Part shown: piece by piece, positions 51,001-60,525 of the stretch
How the letters are laid out: each line of letters opens with the position of its first letter
Numbering within the stretch: position 1 is the first letter of the stretch
Assembly (NCBI GenBank): GCA_949358305.1
Contig: OX442314.1
Location: forward strand, 32,426,001 to 32,490,000
Direction: 5' to 3'
Length of the DNA stretch: 64,000 nt
DNA from: Strigamia acuminata
Taxonomy: Eukaryota
Position numbers and translations under genes: made by a program
Notes under the pieces: generated by a model
What the model saw: only the letters and a program-made list of their open reading frames with translations
Told to the model about the DNA's origin: nothing
Databases searched by the model: none

Positions 51001-54000
51001 TTTCATACGGTCTGAGTTGACTAAAAAATTAAATTTGAGAATTTTAGGCACTGAAACGATTAATTTGGCCGTGTTTGGGCAAGAACCCAGATCAGAAGTT
51101 CGCAACAGAGTCGAGTTAGTCCTCAGCCCCGCCAACTCGAAGTCACCAGCAGTCACGATTGAAGCCATCGAAGCTGACCACGTCACGTCCACTCCCGGAG
51201 AACAGCCGAATAAGCAACTTAAAGCAGAATTGCAACGAAGAAAAATCGAGGTGGCCTGCAAGCAAGTCGCGCTGCATTCGAAGGAAGTGGACCTGCTAAT
51301 TGGAGTGGACCATTACTGGCGAGTGATGACTGGACAAACAGAATTTTTGGAAGAAAACTTGATCGCCGTAAAAACGAAATTCGGTTGGACATTACACGGA
51401 CAGACCACAAACGGAACAAGAGTCATTGCTGCACCGGTGAGAATTAACAAAATAACACTTACCCCATCAACAGATGATCTCTTGCGTCGGATGTGGGAAC
51501 TGGAACCGATAGGAGTCCGTCACGAGTCGGTCGAAACCAACGACGACGTTGAAACGCTACAAAAATTCGAGGAAACCATCAAATGGACGGGCACGAAATA
51601 TTCGGTGGAACTGCCGTGGATTGTGAATCCCAACGAGCTCGACGACAATTATCGAGGAGCCGAACAACGCATCATGTCGCTGATTCGTCGTTTCCGAAAG
51701 CAACCAAACCTCTACTTGGAGTACAAGAAGGTTATCGACGAGCAGTTGAAAACGGGAATTGTCGAAGAAATCCCAAATCAAACCTCGACAGGGCCGATCT
51801 ACTACATGCCACATAGTCCAGTCATCAAAGAAGAGCGCGTCACTACAAAGTTGCGGGTCGTGTTTGATGCATCATCACATCGAAAAGGCTACCTTTCCTT
51901 GAACGATTGCCTGGCAAAAGGTATAAACTTTCTACCTTCATTGATATTTATGTTGCTAGGGTTTCGTCTTGGGAGAGTGGCAATGATAGGCGACATCAAA
52001 AAAGCGTTCCACATGATCGAAATTGCTCTGAAGGACCGCGACGCAACAAGATTCTTCTGGATTGATGAAAGCTGGGACGGTGTGGGAAAGGCATTGTTGA
52101 AAATATTGCGACAAACTCGAGTATTATTTGGCGCCACACCAAGTCCATTTTTGTTGAGCGCTACCATTCGACATCATTTGCGCAAATACGAAAAGGAGTA
52201 CCCAGAGACTGTAAAACTGTTGTTAAAGTGCCTATACGTGGACGACTTCATCTCATCCCACAAAACCGTCACTCAAGCACTGGTAACATTTTGTCAATCT
52301 AACCTGATTTTTGTAGCAGCCGGTATGGAACTCGCCAAGTGGCAAACCAACTCGCCGGAACTCAGAGCCAAATTTCGCGAAGAATGCCCCTCTGACGGAC
52401 AGCTGACTTCAGATGAAGATACAAAAGTGCTAGGAATCAAATGGCATCCAAACTCGGACGAATTGGGACTAGCAGTCGAAGAAACTTGCACACCTTGCAG
52501 AAAAATAACAAAAAGGGAAGTAATCAAGATAACAGCTCAAATTTTTGACCCCTTAGGATTTGCCACACCGTTCACAGTGACAGCACGCATGTTTTTTCAG
52601 TCCTTATGGCTCAGAAATCTGTCATGGGATGACGAATTGGACAACGAATTGCGTACTAACTGGAAGAAATGGACCGACCAAATTCCCACGTTGAGGGACA
52701 TTAAAATTCCACGATGGTTGGGACAGGATGAGTTTGACCAGTGTGAAATCCACATATTTTGCGACGCGAGTCCGAAGGCGTACGGAGCTGTGGCATACAT
52801 CCAGAACTCTGACGGTGATTTGATAGAAACATTCTTTATTTTGTCGAAGTGTCGTGTAGTTCCTGTCAAGCCACTTACTCTGCCGCGTCTCGAACTCATG
52901 GGAGCTCTGATCGCTGTGCGCCTCGCCGATCAAGTCAAGGAATTGGTGACGCCGAGCGAAATATTTTTCTGGACAGATTCACAGATTTGTCTGCATTGGA
53001 TAAAAAACACGTCCAAACGATCGCCAACCTTCGTACACAATCGAGTCCTGGAAATAAGGGAGAAGTCGAGAGTCGACGAATGGCGACACTTGCCAGGCGT
53101 TGAAAATCCTGCCGACCGCCTGACAAGAGGAATGGACGCAGAAACGATGATTGCCGAGCGACTTTGGTGGAAGGGACCAGACTGGTTGCGAGGAAGTCGT
53201 CAAGATTGGCCAAACCTGCCGACAGAACCAGTCGAAGAAGATGAAGAAGCGACTGAAATCCACGTCGAAGCGGTGCAGACAACAGCTATTAATATTTTTC
53301 CGTTTGCCAGGTTTGGGTCGCTGTCAAAAGCAATCCGAACGCTGGCATGGGTTTTCAGATTTGCTGACAATGCTGGGAAGCAACGGGCAGACGCCAACCA
53401 ACGTGGTCGAGGTTCACTGACGGCAGCCGAGCTGAAACGCGCAAGATTCGGCCTAATTCGAATTGCGCAAACAGAAGTTTATGGCCGAGAAATCGAAAGA
53501 ATGAGGAATGGCAAATCGATTCATGGGGAGTCAAAACTGCGAGACCTGAATCCACGACTAAACGAAATGGGATTGATCGAGCTGCGAAACAGACTGCATG
53601 AATCACGAGATTTGTCCACTGCTGCACAACCTTTGATTTTGCCGCCCAAACATAAACTTACAGAACTAATTTTGCAATTCTCACATTTACAGGTCCTCCA
53701 TTGCGGACTGACGTCCACACTATCCAAGTTTCGAGAAAATTACTGGACGCCATCCGCGAGGAGGGCCTTGAAAACAATGTTGGAACGATGCGTCGTCTGC
53801 AAAAAAATCAACGGACGACTGATGCGGGAGGTGCCAGGAGCTCTCCCAGCCGACAGGACGACCAGAACTCAACCGTTCGCCGTCACCGGAGTCGATTTCG
53901 CGGGACCGATGATAGTCAAGGGACGGAAAACTAAATCGTATGTAGCCGTGTTCACCTGCGCAACCATTAGGGCAGTTCACTTGGAATTGGTGCCCTCACT

Positions 54001-57000
54001 GGCAACGACAGACTTTTTGGGAGCATTCGAGCGCTTTATTGGTCGCAGGGGGCTCCCGAAGACAATGTACAGCGACAACGGGACCACATTTCACCGCGCC
54101 CACAAGGAGCTCGCTTCACTCTTGAACCACACGAAGGACGAGACGTTTCGAAATTATTTGGCCCAAAGAGGCATCGAATGGAAGTTCATCGTCGAAAACG
54201 GACCGTGGTGGGGTGGGTTCTGGGAGAGGATGGTGCAGACGGTAAAAAGGTGTTTAAGAAAAGCTATCGGTTCGGCGCACTTGAACTTCTACCAACTCGG
54301 AACTTTTCTTGTGCAAACTGAAGCAGTCGTAAATCGCAGACCGATCACGTACGTGTACGACAACCCAAACGAAATTGAGCCACTTACGCCCGCACACTTT
54401 TTGACCGGCGTGATGTTGACTCACCTACCCGACTCGGGAGCAACAGAAGACCTCGAACCGACGCAGAAGGAGTTTATCCGACAATGGCGCTACCAGCAAC
54501 GCGTATTACTCTCATTCTGGAATCGGTGGTCTAGGGAATATTTGACGGATCTAAAAATTCAAACAGGCAAACCGGGCGTGCGAGAACTGCAGTTGAACGA
54601 CGTCGTTATAATTGAAGAGCCATTTAAACCACGTCTAAAATGGAAATTGGGTCGAGTGGTCGAAGTTAAGCGGGGTCGAGATAACAAAGTCAGGTCGTGC
54701 GAAATGGTACTCGCCAGTGGAGAGAAGATGCGTCGACCGATACAACGTCTTGTGCGCTTGGAAGTGGAGTCGGTCAATCCCCGCCCGGCAGTGTGAAAAT
54801 CGGGTGATTTTACACGTGAATTGTTGATTTTAATTATTAATTTGTGTTTCTTTTGTATTGTTCGATTTATATTGTTGTTTTAATATTTCCATTTCGATTT
54901 GTGAATTCGATGTTAAATTTATGTTTTATCATTTTATTACAATATGTTTTCATTTCCACTTAAATGTTTTGACCTGTTCTTTTATCAACTGGAATTTCAA
55001 CTTGTTAATCCTGTAAAGAATGTTATATTCCTTTGAAAATTGTAAGCGCTCGCCATTGGTCATTCGAGCGCGTCATTTGCATTTCTCCATCTCGTGATCG
55101 CTTGTGATTGGTTCTTCGAACTTGTCATTTACATCACCTGTTTCCCTTTTTGTTTGAATAAACTTAGTGTACTTTTTAACCTTAAACTGTGTGGTCGTGC
55201 TTCCTTGAAACTCCAACGCCATTTTTCAACATTCAACTTGACTTCAAGAAACATCATTTGTATCCAGAGAACTTTGGAAATTGATTGTGTCGCGCTCAAC
55301 TCGGTCTGTCGCTGATACGTGGTATGAGTCACTCTCTAATCTCGCAATACCGCTTTACTCAAGCGGTTACCCAAATAACGTGAAACGGCAAACAATGTAA
55401 AATGGTAAATATAATAAATGTATTTATTATACGGGAATGTACAGGTAAAAGGGATAAAATATGTAAGGGAATAAAAAGGTAAAAGGTTGGGGTGTGTGAA
55501 GTTGGCGGGAAACTGGTCGAGGTCGTCCTTTGTTGGCGCTCTGGATCCAAGATGGCGTCCGCGTGGCAACGTGGTGTCGTCTTGGGCCGGCGTGGCAATG
55601 AATGGCGTCCTCGTCTCACGTTTCTCGTTCGGTCCTTCGGGCTCACGCTGGTCGGGCGCGAGTGAATGCCTAAAAGGTCTTACTTCTGGTCTGTTGTCTA
55701 GGTTTAGGGTTTTGTTTAGGTGTCCGGCGATCACACAGCGGCGGACGCTTGGTGGTTCCCGGCGATACACACAGCGGCGGGAACGCTCGTCGTGGTTACT
55801 GCAATTTAGGCTTGTGCGACCGTTTGTCTGCACAACTCGCTAAATTGGAGTAGGTTTACTATTTCTAGCTGGCTTGCTAAAATAGTGTGGTAATCTTGTT
55901 TCGCAGGTTACTCTGCGGAGGTTAACACAAATCAATCGTACTCACGTTGAAAGTCCCTTGTCCTAGGTCACTCCTGAAGTCTTTGTACTTAGGCTTGATC
56001 GTTTTAGGACGTTTGGCTTTTACGTGTATCTTGGTTGATTTTTGTGTTGGTTCTGCCCGCTCAGTGCAAGGCGAATTCCTTTGCACAAAGCGGGGGGTGA
56101 CAGGTGACTAAAGCCACCCAATAGTGGAGAAGACGAATCTCCCCCACTCCCCCAGGGCAGACGCCCGTCCATTGACTGGATGTCAATGCTCTGAGGGAAG
56201 GGAGGCGCGCGTGCGACTCCCCTTCTTTACCCGTATGTAGGCCACGAGAGAAACTCTTCGTGCCCCACCCCAGTCGGGTCACCACAATTGGTAAACTTCG
56301 AATAACTTTTAATCTATTCTCAAGTTTAACATGTACCATGTCACCCCAGGGAAAGATGTGGTGATCGCCATGATGATGTCATCATGTGAGACGTGGCTCT
56401 GGTCACAATCCAATAACCAATAGGAAAGATACCTTCGTAAATGTGGTGCAAGAGTGGCAGTATGCTTCCTGTTGGGACCCCAGAGTTACTCAGCTATTGT
56501 CAAGACCTAGCAGTTCCCCACTCTTGTTCATCGCGGTGATAACAGGCAATGTGCGAGTACGCCATTCCCAGTGCCATCAGTAATCTATGGGTTAAGGGAC
56601 TGAGTCCTGGATGAACAACAGACCGACCTTGCAGCACAACCAAACCACACGTGCTGCATGTGGTTGCAGGTGAGCTGCAGCTGGGGGCAGATCTAGCCTT
56701 TTGGGGGCCCTGGGGTTGAGGATTTTTCGGGGCCCCTTTATCAAAATTTTTAATAGCACACCTTTTTTTTTTTTTAGTATATTGCATTGTGTCTTGGGGT
56801 GTAGATCCGCCCCTGGCTGCAGCAATGCAGAAGTAGCAATAGCAATAGCAATCCGGTAATTTAGTTGATAAATTCTTACCTCTTATCAACCAACTCACAA
56901 TCGAGATGCCTCTGTGGGACTTAAACTCAGTTGCCTGTAAAAAGTGTCTATACTCTTGTTCGATTCAAAAGGGTGGCCTTCTCTGATTGGCCGAGCCGTA

Positions 57001-60000
57001 TCACTGGTGTAGTGATCCAAAAATATAGACCCAAACACCAGAAATGCATTACAATGTACAGACATTGTAATCGATTGCCTAGGTAACAGCCAAAATTTCA
57101 AAATATTGTGCTTTCCAGACAAAGCAACCAATAAACAGAACAAACATGAGTTTTACATTTATTTGTGCATAAAACTTTATTTCCTAAATGGAAATAACAT
57201 TTTACAATTAAATACAATTAAAATTATATCAACTTAAATGGTAATAGCAATTGGAAAACATAATAAAAATAAAAACTACTTCTCCTAGTGGTAGTACTTG
57301 TAATATAGACTGGAGTTAGGAGTAATGCGGCTTGGCCAATGGGAGAAAGCCACCCTTTTGAGTCGAACAAGAGTATAGGGGTGTTAAAAAATGAATACGA
57401 ATTCATTTGAGTAAAAATGGCGTAGCATTTAGTCAGATGAGGGGACAATGCTAATTTTATTTACGCGGATTGGTGAAGCGATTACTTGCTTGCCGTGAGT
57501 AGTTCGTCCATTCGGTATTTTTACAATATAATTTATGAAATGTAATAAATTATTGACTAGAAATTAAGAGATTAAATTAGGACTAATAAACGAGATATTT
57601 AGATGAAATGTGAGCAAAATTAATAACCAAAAACGAAAATAGTGAAAATGAAATTATCTTGGTTTTTATAGGTTCTAAAAGGAAAACTTAAATTTTCCGA
57701 AATGCTTGATCACGTATTGGAGAAATTCAGTAACATTTGGTAAAGTTTTTGTTGCTTGGTAAACTATACTTTCAGTTGGTTGACAAAAACCTTTCTACAT
57801 ATCTAGCTCAATAGTAAATATTACCATTAAGGATGACAATAATAAACTTAAAAATCTGAAGAAGAAAGTAAGTGTGTTAATTAAAACATTCTGATATTAG
57901 TAAGTTTGCACAAGGTTACTATTCCTTATATGGTTTGTACAGGATAGCTGGAAGTACAGTCGGTTCCAATAAGTTGAAATTTTTGTGAGCAAATTTATTT
58001 TGTCACAATTATAAACGAGAAAAAAAGCAAACAAACTGGCGGATTGAAATCTGAATAAAGAATCAGTTACCCTTTATAATCTCTCCTACAATGGTTTAAC
58101 AAAGGGACTCATATTTAGGAAATTAACTTCAGCTTTAATTATTCAAGTCAGAAATCTAGTTTACAGAATACAGATATCTGGCATTTAACTTAAACTCATA
58201 AAATAATTATCACTTACATGCTTTTGTTCAATACAAACAATATGTCTTAACTCTATCTTAATTCTAAAATAAATAACATAAATGAAAATAATTTAAGTTA
58301 TTATCATAACATAACTTACAAGTTAGGCATATGCTTAAGTTATGTTATGATAATAACTAGGTCATGTCTGTCCATGCACTAGAAGGCAGTTGCTATACTC
58401 AAAACCACCACAACGTTGATGTATTTAGCCTGTTTACGCCAAACTGCGTACTGTGTTCTGCTACGTGGAAAAGTAGTTCGGTTTATTCTCAATGAGTTTA
58501 AGTATAAAAAGTGATTAGATTGATGGATTTTATTTAATTGGTAATAAAATGTTTATTTTACCTGCTAAATAACCTTTTTCCCTTTTTAATCAATCAATTA
58601 ATGTAAGTATAGTTTGTTGGTTTCTTTTGGCAGGTAAACAAAGGTTTTGTTTTTTATTGGTTGTTTATGCCTAGTTAGAATACAATTCTGGTGTTACGAG
58701 CTACTTTTTTTGTGCCACTACACCAGTGATGTGGGTCGACCAATAGGGAAATACATCAACGTTGTGGTGGTTTTGAGTTTAGTTTGGAAACTCTAGAAGA
58801 ACTGACTGGAAAGCTTCTGTTACTAAGTTAACTCCTATTCCCCCTGTTAACTTCAATAGTTCAAACCGATTACATCACAGTGGCAAATGTCATCTGTTGA
58901 GCTTATATTGCACTGTACCCGCTGAAATGAAGCACAGAAGCCAGCCAATTCACGGTATCGCTTAAACACTTTAATAAATAATAAATAAATCATTTTATTT
59001 AGAAATTCTGTATGTAATTGATTTTAATCCTAAGAAATTGCACACTTTAATATATGTTAACACACAACATTTTTTAGAATTCATTTTTTATTCAACTTGC
59101 CTATTTTTTTATCAGCAATATGACATCGTCAGAATGATATTCGGAATGAGTACAGAACGTGTGCTGAATTTCAACTTTGTCAATACTCCGATCGTCAGAG
59201 ACAAATATGCATTCGTCATGCGAGAGGACAGTGTCATTAAAGAATACTTATGGTTGACATTTTTCAAACCGTTTTCTATGGTTGTTTGGTTTTGTATTTT
59301 AGCTACTTATTTCTTGATCGCGCTATCTCTTGCTTCGATCACCCAAAACCACAAAAGCAAACCCTCAACTTCAGGTAAATACACTTCAATGAGATTACTA
59401 ATCAATTTACAAGTCATGTTTACCATCAATTACAAATAATTTTTATTGTATATTAAAGCTGATACTATTACTGGAACGGAAAATTTGTTTCGTTTGCTAA
59501 TCATTTCAAGTTACAGTGTGGTACTATATGCATCACTCGCTGTTACGACATCACGCCTGCAATACAACAGCATTCAAGACTTATTGTTAGACGACAGAGT
59601 CAACCTTTACGCTTTTGGAGTGTTGTTCCCTTACAAGCTTATTAAGGTAATGGATGGAAATGTCAAAACACCTCATGATTTCAATTGTTACACTATATCA
59701 AAAGGTGCCTGTTAAACATACTTACTGTATGCGATTTTTTTGGAATTGTGTACAGACCAACAAATGAAAGTGTATGGATTTGGAGTTTGTAGGTGGTACA
59801 GTACTTGTAATAGGATAGTATGTTCTTATTTTTCTATGGCAGAATGCAGAAACAAATCTTACACGGGAAATTTGGCATCGCATGGAAAAAAGTCCCGGAG
59901 AAGGAAACATTTCCTACACTGATGCTCCAAAACTACTTTCGAAGAAGAAAAATGCCATCATCCACTTCTACAATATGCTCAAACAGATGTACGGACAAAA

Positions 60001-60462
60001 CTGTATGTTTAGTTTTATAAAAATTCCCATTGTGGATATTTCAGGTTATTACATATTTAATAAAAAATCCAAATATGTTGAGTTATTTAATCAGAAGTGA
60101 GTACTGTAGTAGTAAATTTGTAAAGGTTTTAAAATTCAACTTCAATTATACGTTTTAGCATTTTGAACCTAAACGAAAAAGGAATCGTAAACAGACTCGA
60201 CGATAAATACAAAACATCAACATTTTGCCAGACAAGAAATTATCACTGCAAACCCATCTCTATTTACCACACAATCACCGCATTTCTGATTTTAATTGGA
60301 GGAGTTTTCTGCTCTGGAATTATATTTCTCTTTGAAATTTTTTATTGGAACAAGTTTCCAACTGGCAGTGTGCGCACAAATCCAAATCCAACTGTTATCC
60401 TAGCAAGTGCGAGCGTAGAAGCTGAAGCTGACTCATGTCATGTCTTAGTTTCAGCAAGTTAA
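27039..60462 (+). CDS. Divergent ionotropic receptor, copy C, with a 28,954 bp intron (28718-57671)
   Basis: Exons 27039-27181, 28168-28350, 28562-28717, 57672-57739, 57807-57867, 59116-59374, 59459-59646, 59843-60096 and 60159-60462 join in frame and match the exon structure of copy B; the 3' exons are closest to copy A. Confidence 0.82.
27233..27993. mobile_element. hAT-like MITE interrupted by a solo LTR
   Basis: TIR CAGGGGCGGATC/GATCCGCCCCTG; degenerate 8 bp TSD TTGACAAG/TCGACAAA; uninterrupted relative at 56682-56815. Confidence 0.75.
27309..27892 (-). mobile_element. Older solo LTR of the 593 bp family
   Basis: Colinear, diverged match to 29489-30081; 4 bp TSD TAGT/TAGC. Confidence 0.85.
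28734..29168. mobile_element. Tc1/mariner-derived foldback MITE
   Basis: AGGGTGTCCCAAAAATAAC arms of about 160 bp; TA duplication; empty site TACTA|CAATTGAAAT in the IR-B intron near 21190. Confidence 0.85.
32945..38872 (-). mobile_element. 5.9 kb Ty1/Copia-type non-autonomous LTR element
   Basis: 455 bp LTRs 32945-33399 and 38418-38872, apparently identical; 5 bp TSD CATAC; PBS TGGTAGCAGAGGATGGTTT (tRNA-iMet) 38398-38416; PPT AGAGGGGGATT next to 33399. Confidence 0.95.
33788..36841 (-). CDS. Copia-derived open ORF: pre-integrase domain, degenerate integrase core, acidic repeat tail; no RT or RNase H
   Basis: [62 protein letters not shown]; no YxDD motif. The real start may be the downstream ATG (MVDTRK). 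Confidence 0.8.
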   Translation of the reverse strand: MKMCFVPSLNLLVSLVWSCGANFAPTVFCAARKSSTDNRNACNKQTMVDTRKAQLKMETHAQNVFNGQTVHNALDEQLEKEISVLGKEKGYLELNSDLDSDKIVLLLTHLVHKSALTDNIDTVIKGIADLILATCKMRANEMNGHWDSEVQGTNNCRQGLKVINSNRVSKITQNCSGISNANMKNKENDQFEVGNLKYSNRVRNKKNKKTEGDRKLNTSIRIDGINIQGSCRQNQQRVFVKTEEKSPPSWKQNRKLNNLSKRCLNDKELDCATTIKGGDPLNGHRSAKIEFLNRVRNREREGDPNRIGPLKKISGKSKRGLSNQKSSMTTGIKQNGPLNSGTKNQKKNSRKGNVRKQVNCMDFTVKDRVLPFNLWHTRLGYLDKDSVLNMNGSRNVYGVQLVDTDPIEPAKVKISSTRKNNNKKILEVVHLSVWRAPHTTGEKYIIITDNCTEYVWLRPLKRNSILVEFQNWLSEIKCLTGTVNRVYLGPGIDFSTDELAKWVEVMKNYGITINSVDSDDPMANSISEKANADIINGVESLIVENKFPSYLWLELANTMVYLRNRAPKTNLDWKSPHNVLYDQGVSVRHLRCVGSRVKVTHINDGKRCSWMGALIGYSRFGRKYRVWDPLRDRIFQTSNVRIHEWSYWHEGEVKPSLEFSNVDQTSDSAGVEIPSRVEVPISSHLEVPSTLDLLKLENPPLSLSREIDINKCEGIENEGEHLLPQVHSKVGQNFSNEEIDSSLEIPPSPTTDLVDSNRSGTINTEGEHLERIECDLLKTHVDSKVDAFPNDDMKDYQSRVDKVALSTRTEVDIDEYKPIIEEGEHFGSVEQKPMELNQEGKFNDKEIGLLMEIPSELTHEESETIANERQKLEQFTLEFESKSDERFRQIDPMKVCEISSTSLEDDISPTPIETLIGVNEYKSIGIEGECEKTKRRKKRCKKTKSNTLMKTNDVGVRLKQNLDMTEKNLVNEEEDRDRCYTHNQKFDSLLSSLGKRTGQVTIHDLDFVWDENYLYVK
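41409..44315 (-). CDS. pol: Gypsy pol-like ORF (968 aa): protease, RT and RNase H with substituted catalytic residues, truncated at the start of integrase
   Basis: LMDTAAS protease; [33 protein letters not shown] in place of Yx[15 protein letters not shown] in place of TDAS; ETGCVAL in place of TDH.AL. Confidence 0.85.
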   Translation of the reverse strand: MAGKDLDSAWARELAVLCDVDPCDIKTQDDVMELIRLFQREKQLAALDAAAAHGEAIWSNFAAEQARKAAVRARNEASDMAEAWARSAVSQQLDFSKRIMELSSRSTIAQAAASDDSDVESEPEEVDLVAENGVVQPAELYDRISPPQPLETVEADEGVVTDGSPPDQVCFVSLAVGAVWDTVGVAGLGRDFPLPFVDIRFSDREAVALMDTAASGQYMSSAAAEKYGLTASIEPCDDFVRVMTGDRVTSPLGTVRLYVSWQTGEDWLRFAVLPSSSNFILLGCSWLREYGIVIRISRNDWFKADNPGMTFPFAPRPRQLDDSGADVDKWARVTLEYGVDTAALSLSSKQLDLLEDCKIEDMRKMRLARVLDEFSHTFSEIGGCHPSVELRIPTFNEPSFSCDIKPTSPAEAKALRRLVRCALKKGEIERSVSVYRNQPVISILPDGTFDACIDFRQLNSVTERDTYPVPSIPMILACLEGSVFFSTLDLAMGCFQVRIAPKDRPKTAFYTPQGTFQFVKLPYGLLNTPVAFQRLMGKVLGESKFKWALPYLDSIVVFSKTFEEHLTHLSDVLSRLSKFCLTASPSGSCVISTSWDFLGYFMTPAGFRPNERRVQAIVDYPRPANVAQLRRFLGMFGGDTPPIEGLEHLSNPLDDLLTVGAEWNWSDECQGVFEFFKDHLSRGIVQPMPDFGKTFVIQAAASLTGLGAVLTQIDHLGVKRPVAYASRALQGAETVLSPPELDCLAVLQAVASFRSFIAYSKFEIETGCVALFWFLHSINTSGRLVRWAMQLQQVRFSFKFRRDVDDRIAVALSRVGLDDDETTLAASREEKAASALAHTLVSESLAGAIMSYDEIRQNQRADADCSAIMRWLDEDRDDDSLLAQIPPSMAQYMSDYTFGEFGELCINTPFSSESSLTRAEQGLDVKILMPAPLADRCLDVIRLHPRYTQDNAADMVKRLRRIFFWPGT
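44841..45010. repeat. Four tandem copies of an about 47 bp unit containing CCACGCCCC
   Basis: CC(A)CGCCCCAAAA..AAATT/GGCGAAC unit repeated upstream of the pol-like ORF. Confidence 0.75.
47934..48324. mobile_element. MITE, TACTC-ended family, copy 1
   Basis: About 42 bp TIR TACTCTAGTTGCACTCAAAAAGGACACTCAGTCCTATTGGTC and its complement. Confidence 0.8.
48440..48750. mobile_element. MITE, TACTC-ended family, copy 2
   Basis: TIR CTATACTCTGGTTTGACTCAAGAGTATGCCCTTCTAAGAGCCGCAT; internal core shared with copy 1. Confidence 0.8.
49520..54796 (+). CDS. BEL/Pao Gag-Pol polyprotein (1758 aa)
   Basis: IPKFDG gag, Cys/His knuckles, protease [21 protein letters not shown] / DIKKAF / YVDD, RNase [11 protein letters not shown], integrase DFAGP / SDNG / WERMV in BEL order. 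Confidence 0.96.
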   Translation: MVRNFELKNKAFRAAMMVTETLLTTITTALNGRAAIPQATIELWLQQLEQKQKRVQQTFDATLDLAKSDQEIDDTVLALDALEDRLAASKADLGRYTQMNYPPNLPQNIQPNADAQPAANIDALAAAITAAVTAATPRGTPTIGQPFIKRKPLEIPKFDGRKPEEWGGFWKTFSIQVGDDEQLDGTNKLLYLRNYLVGDALDDIKALEITTGNYEIAITRLQKKYGDKIVLENKYLSNLLNLPSVNSDRDRISLQKLHRHVEINIENLANIKVPLAEIQRTIFPVLSSAVPRSIIMEYDKDCDGERSIARLMEWLSDYLAKHAKYDMLKTQSKPDATHNKPSEKDNNQSNKGRFNRKEKEPRSGSASQLLVLIMKCQFCDSAEHNRKRCPLTMEEKDKRLQKKGICLRCLGKVPHKTEECRTRMKCYNCEGTHYTHVCDTPKSAEVVETVTQANSVVTTCPPKSEFLMVQMVKMAGPKLSTLGVCYIDGGAQRTFIRSELTKKLNLRILGTETINLAVFGQEPRSEVRNRVELVLSPANSKSPAVTIEAIEADHVTSTPGEQPNKQLKAELQRRKIEVACKQVALHSKEVDLLIGVDHYWRVMTGQTEFLEENLIAVKTKFGWTLHGQTTNGTRVIAAPVRINKITLTPSTDDLLRRMWELEPIGVRHESVETNDDVETLQKFEETIKWTGTKYSVELPWIVNPNELDDNYRGAEQRIMSLIRRFRKQPNLYLEYKKVIDEQLKTGIVEEIPNQTSTGPIYYMPHSPVIKEERVTTKLRVVFDASSHRKGYLSLNDCLAKGINFLPSLIFMLLGFRLGRVAMIGDIKKAFHMIEIALKDRDATRFFWIDESWDGVGKALLKILRQTRVLFGATPSPFLLSATIRHHLRKYEKEYPETVKLLLKCLYVDDFISSHKTVTQALVTFCQSNLIFVAAGMELAKWQTNSPELRAKFREECPSDGQLTSDEDTKVLGIKWHPNSDELGLAVEETCTPCRKITKREVIKITAQIFDPLGFATPFTVTARMFFQSLWLRNLSWDDELDNELRTNWKKWTDQIPTLRDIKIPRWLGQDEFDQCEIHIFCDASPKAYGAVAYIQNSDGDLIETFFILSKCRVVPVKPLTLPRLELMGALIAVRLADQVKELVTPSEIFFWTDSQICLHWIKNTSKRSPTFVHNRVLEIREKSRVDEWRHLPGVENPADRLTRGMDAETMIAERLWWKGPDWLRGSRQDWPNLPTEPVEEDEEATEIHVEAVQTTAINIFPFARFGSLSKAIRTLAWVFRFADNAGKQRADANQRGRGSLTAAELKRARFGLIRIAQTEVYGREIERMRNGKSIHGESKLRDLNPRLNEMGLIELRNRLHESRDLSTAAQPLILPPKHKLTELILQFSHLQVLHCGLTSTLSKFRENYWTPSARRALKTMLERCVVCKKINGRLMREVPGALPADRTTRTQPFAVTGVDFAGPMIVKGRKTKSYVAVFTCATIRAVHLELVPSLATTDFLGAFERFIGRRGLPKTMYSDNGTTFHRAHKELASLLNHTKDETFRNYLAQRGIEWKFIVENGPWWGGFWERMVQTVKRCLRKAIGSAHLNFYQLGTFLVQTEAVVNRRPITYVYDNPNEIEPLTPAHFLTGVMLTHLPDSGATEDLEPTQKEFIRQWRYQQRVLLSFWNRWSREYLTDLKIQTGKPGVRELQLNDVVIIEEPFKPRLKWKLGRVVEVKRGRDNKVRSCEMVLASGEKMRRPIQRLVRLEVESVNPRPAV
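55288..56286 (-). mobile_element. Solo LTR (999 bp) inside the BEL 3' LTR
   Basis: TGTCGCG...GGGTCACCACA termini as at 12975-13793; 4 bp TSD ATTG; removal restores the 537 bp BEL LTR. Confidence 0.92.
56682..56815. mobile_element. Short hAT-like MITE
   Basis: GGGGCAGATCTA...TAGATCCGCCCCTG; perfect 8 bp TSD GCTGCAGC. Confidence 0.8.
56948..57378. mobile_element. MITE, TACTC-ended family, copy 3 (opposite orientation)
   Basis: TIR CTATACTCTTGTTCGATTCAAAAGGGTGGC; internal core is the reverse complement of copies 1 and 2. Confidence 0.8.
58393..58782. mobile_element. MITE, TACTC-ended family, copy 4, in an IR-C intron
   Basis: TIR ACTCAAAACCACCACAACGTTGATGTATTT; shares subterminal CACTACACCAGT..GACCAATAGG. 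Confidence 0.75.
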
Positions 60463-60525
60463 ACTTTTAATAATTTAAAGCAACATATTTTTGCTGTATT
60501 GGGTAGTTCCTACATTTAGCAACTG

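Larger units (their letters stand above)
48926..56331 (+). mobile_element. BEL/Pao LTR retrotransposon, coding-intact; 3' LTR interrupted by a solo LTR
   Basis: 537 bp LTRs 48926-49462 and 54792-55287 plus 56291-56331; 5 bp TSD TGTAC; PBS TGGTGCCGAAACCCGGGA (tRNA-Phe) 49464-49481. Confidence 0.96.
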
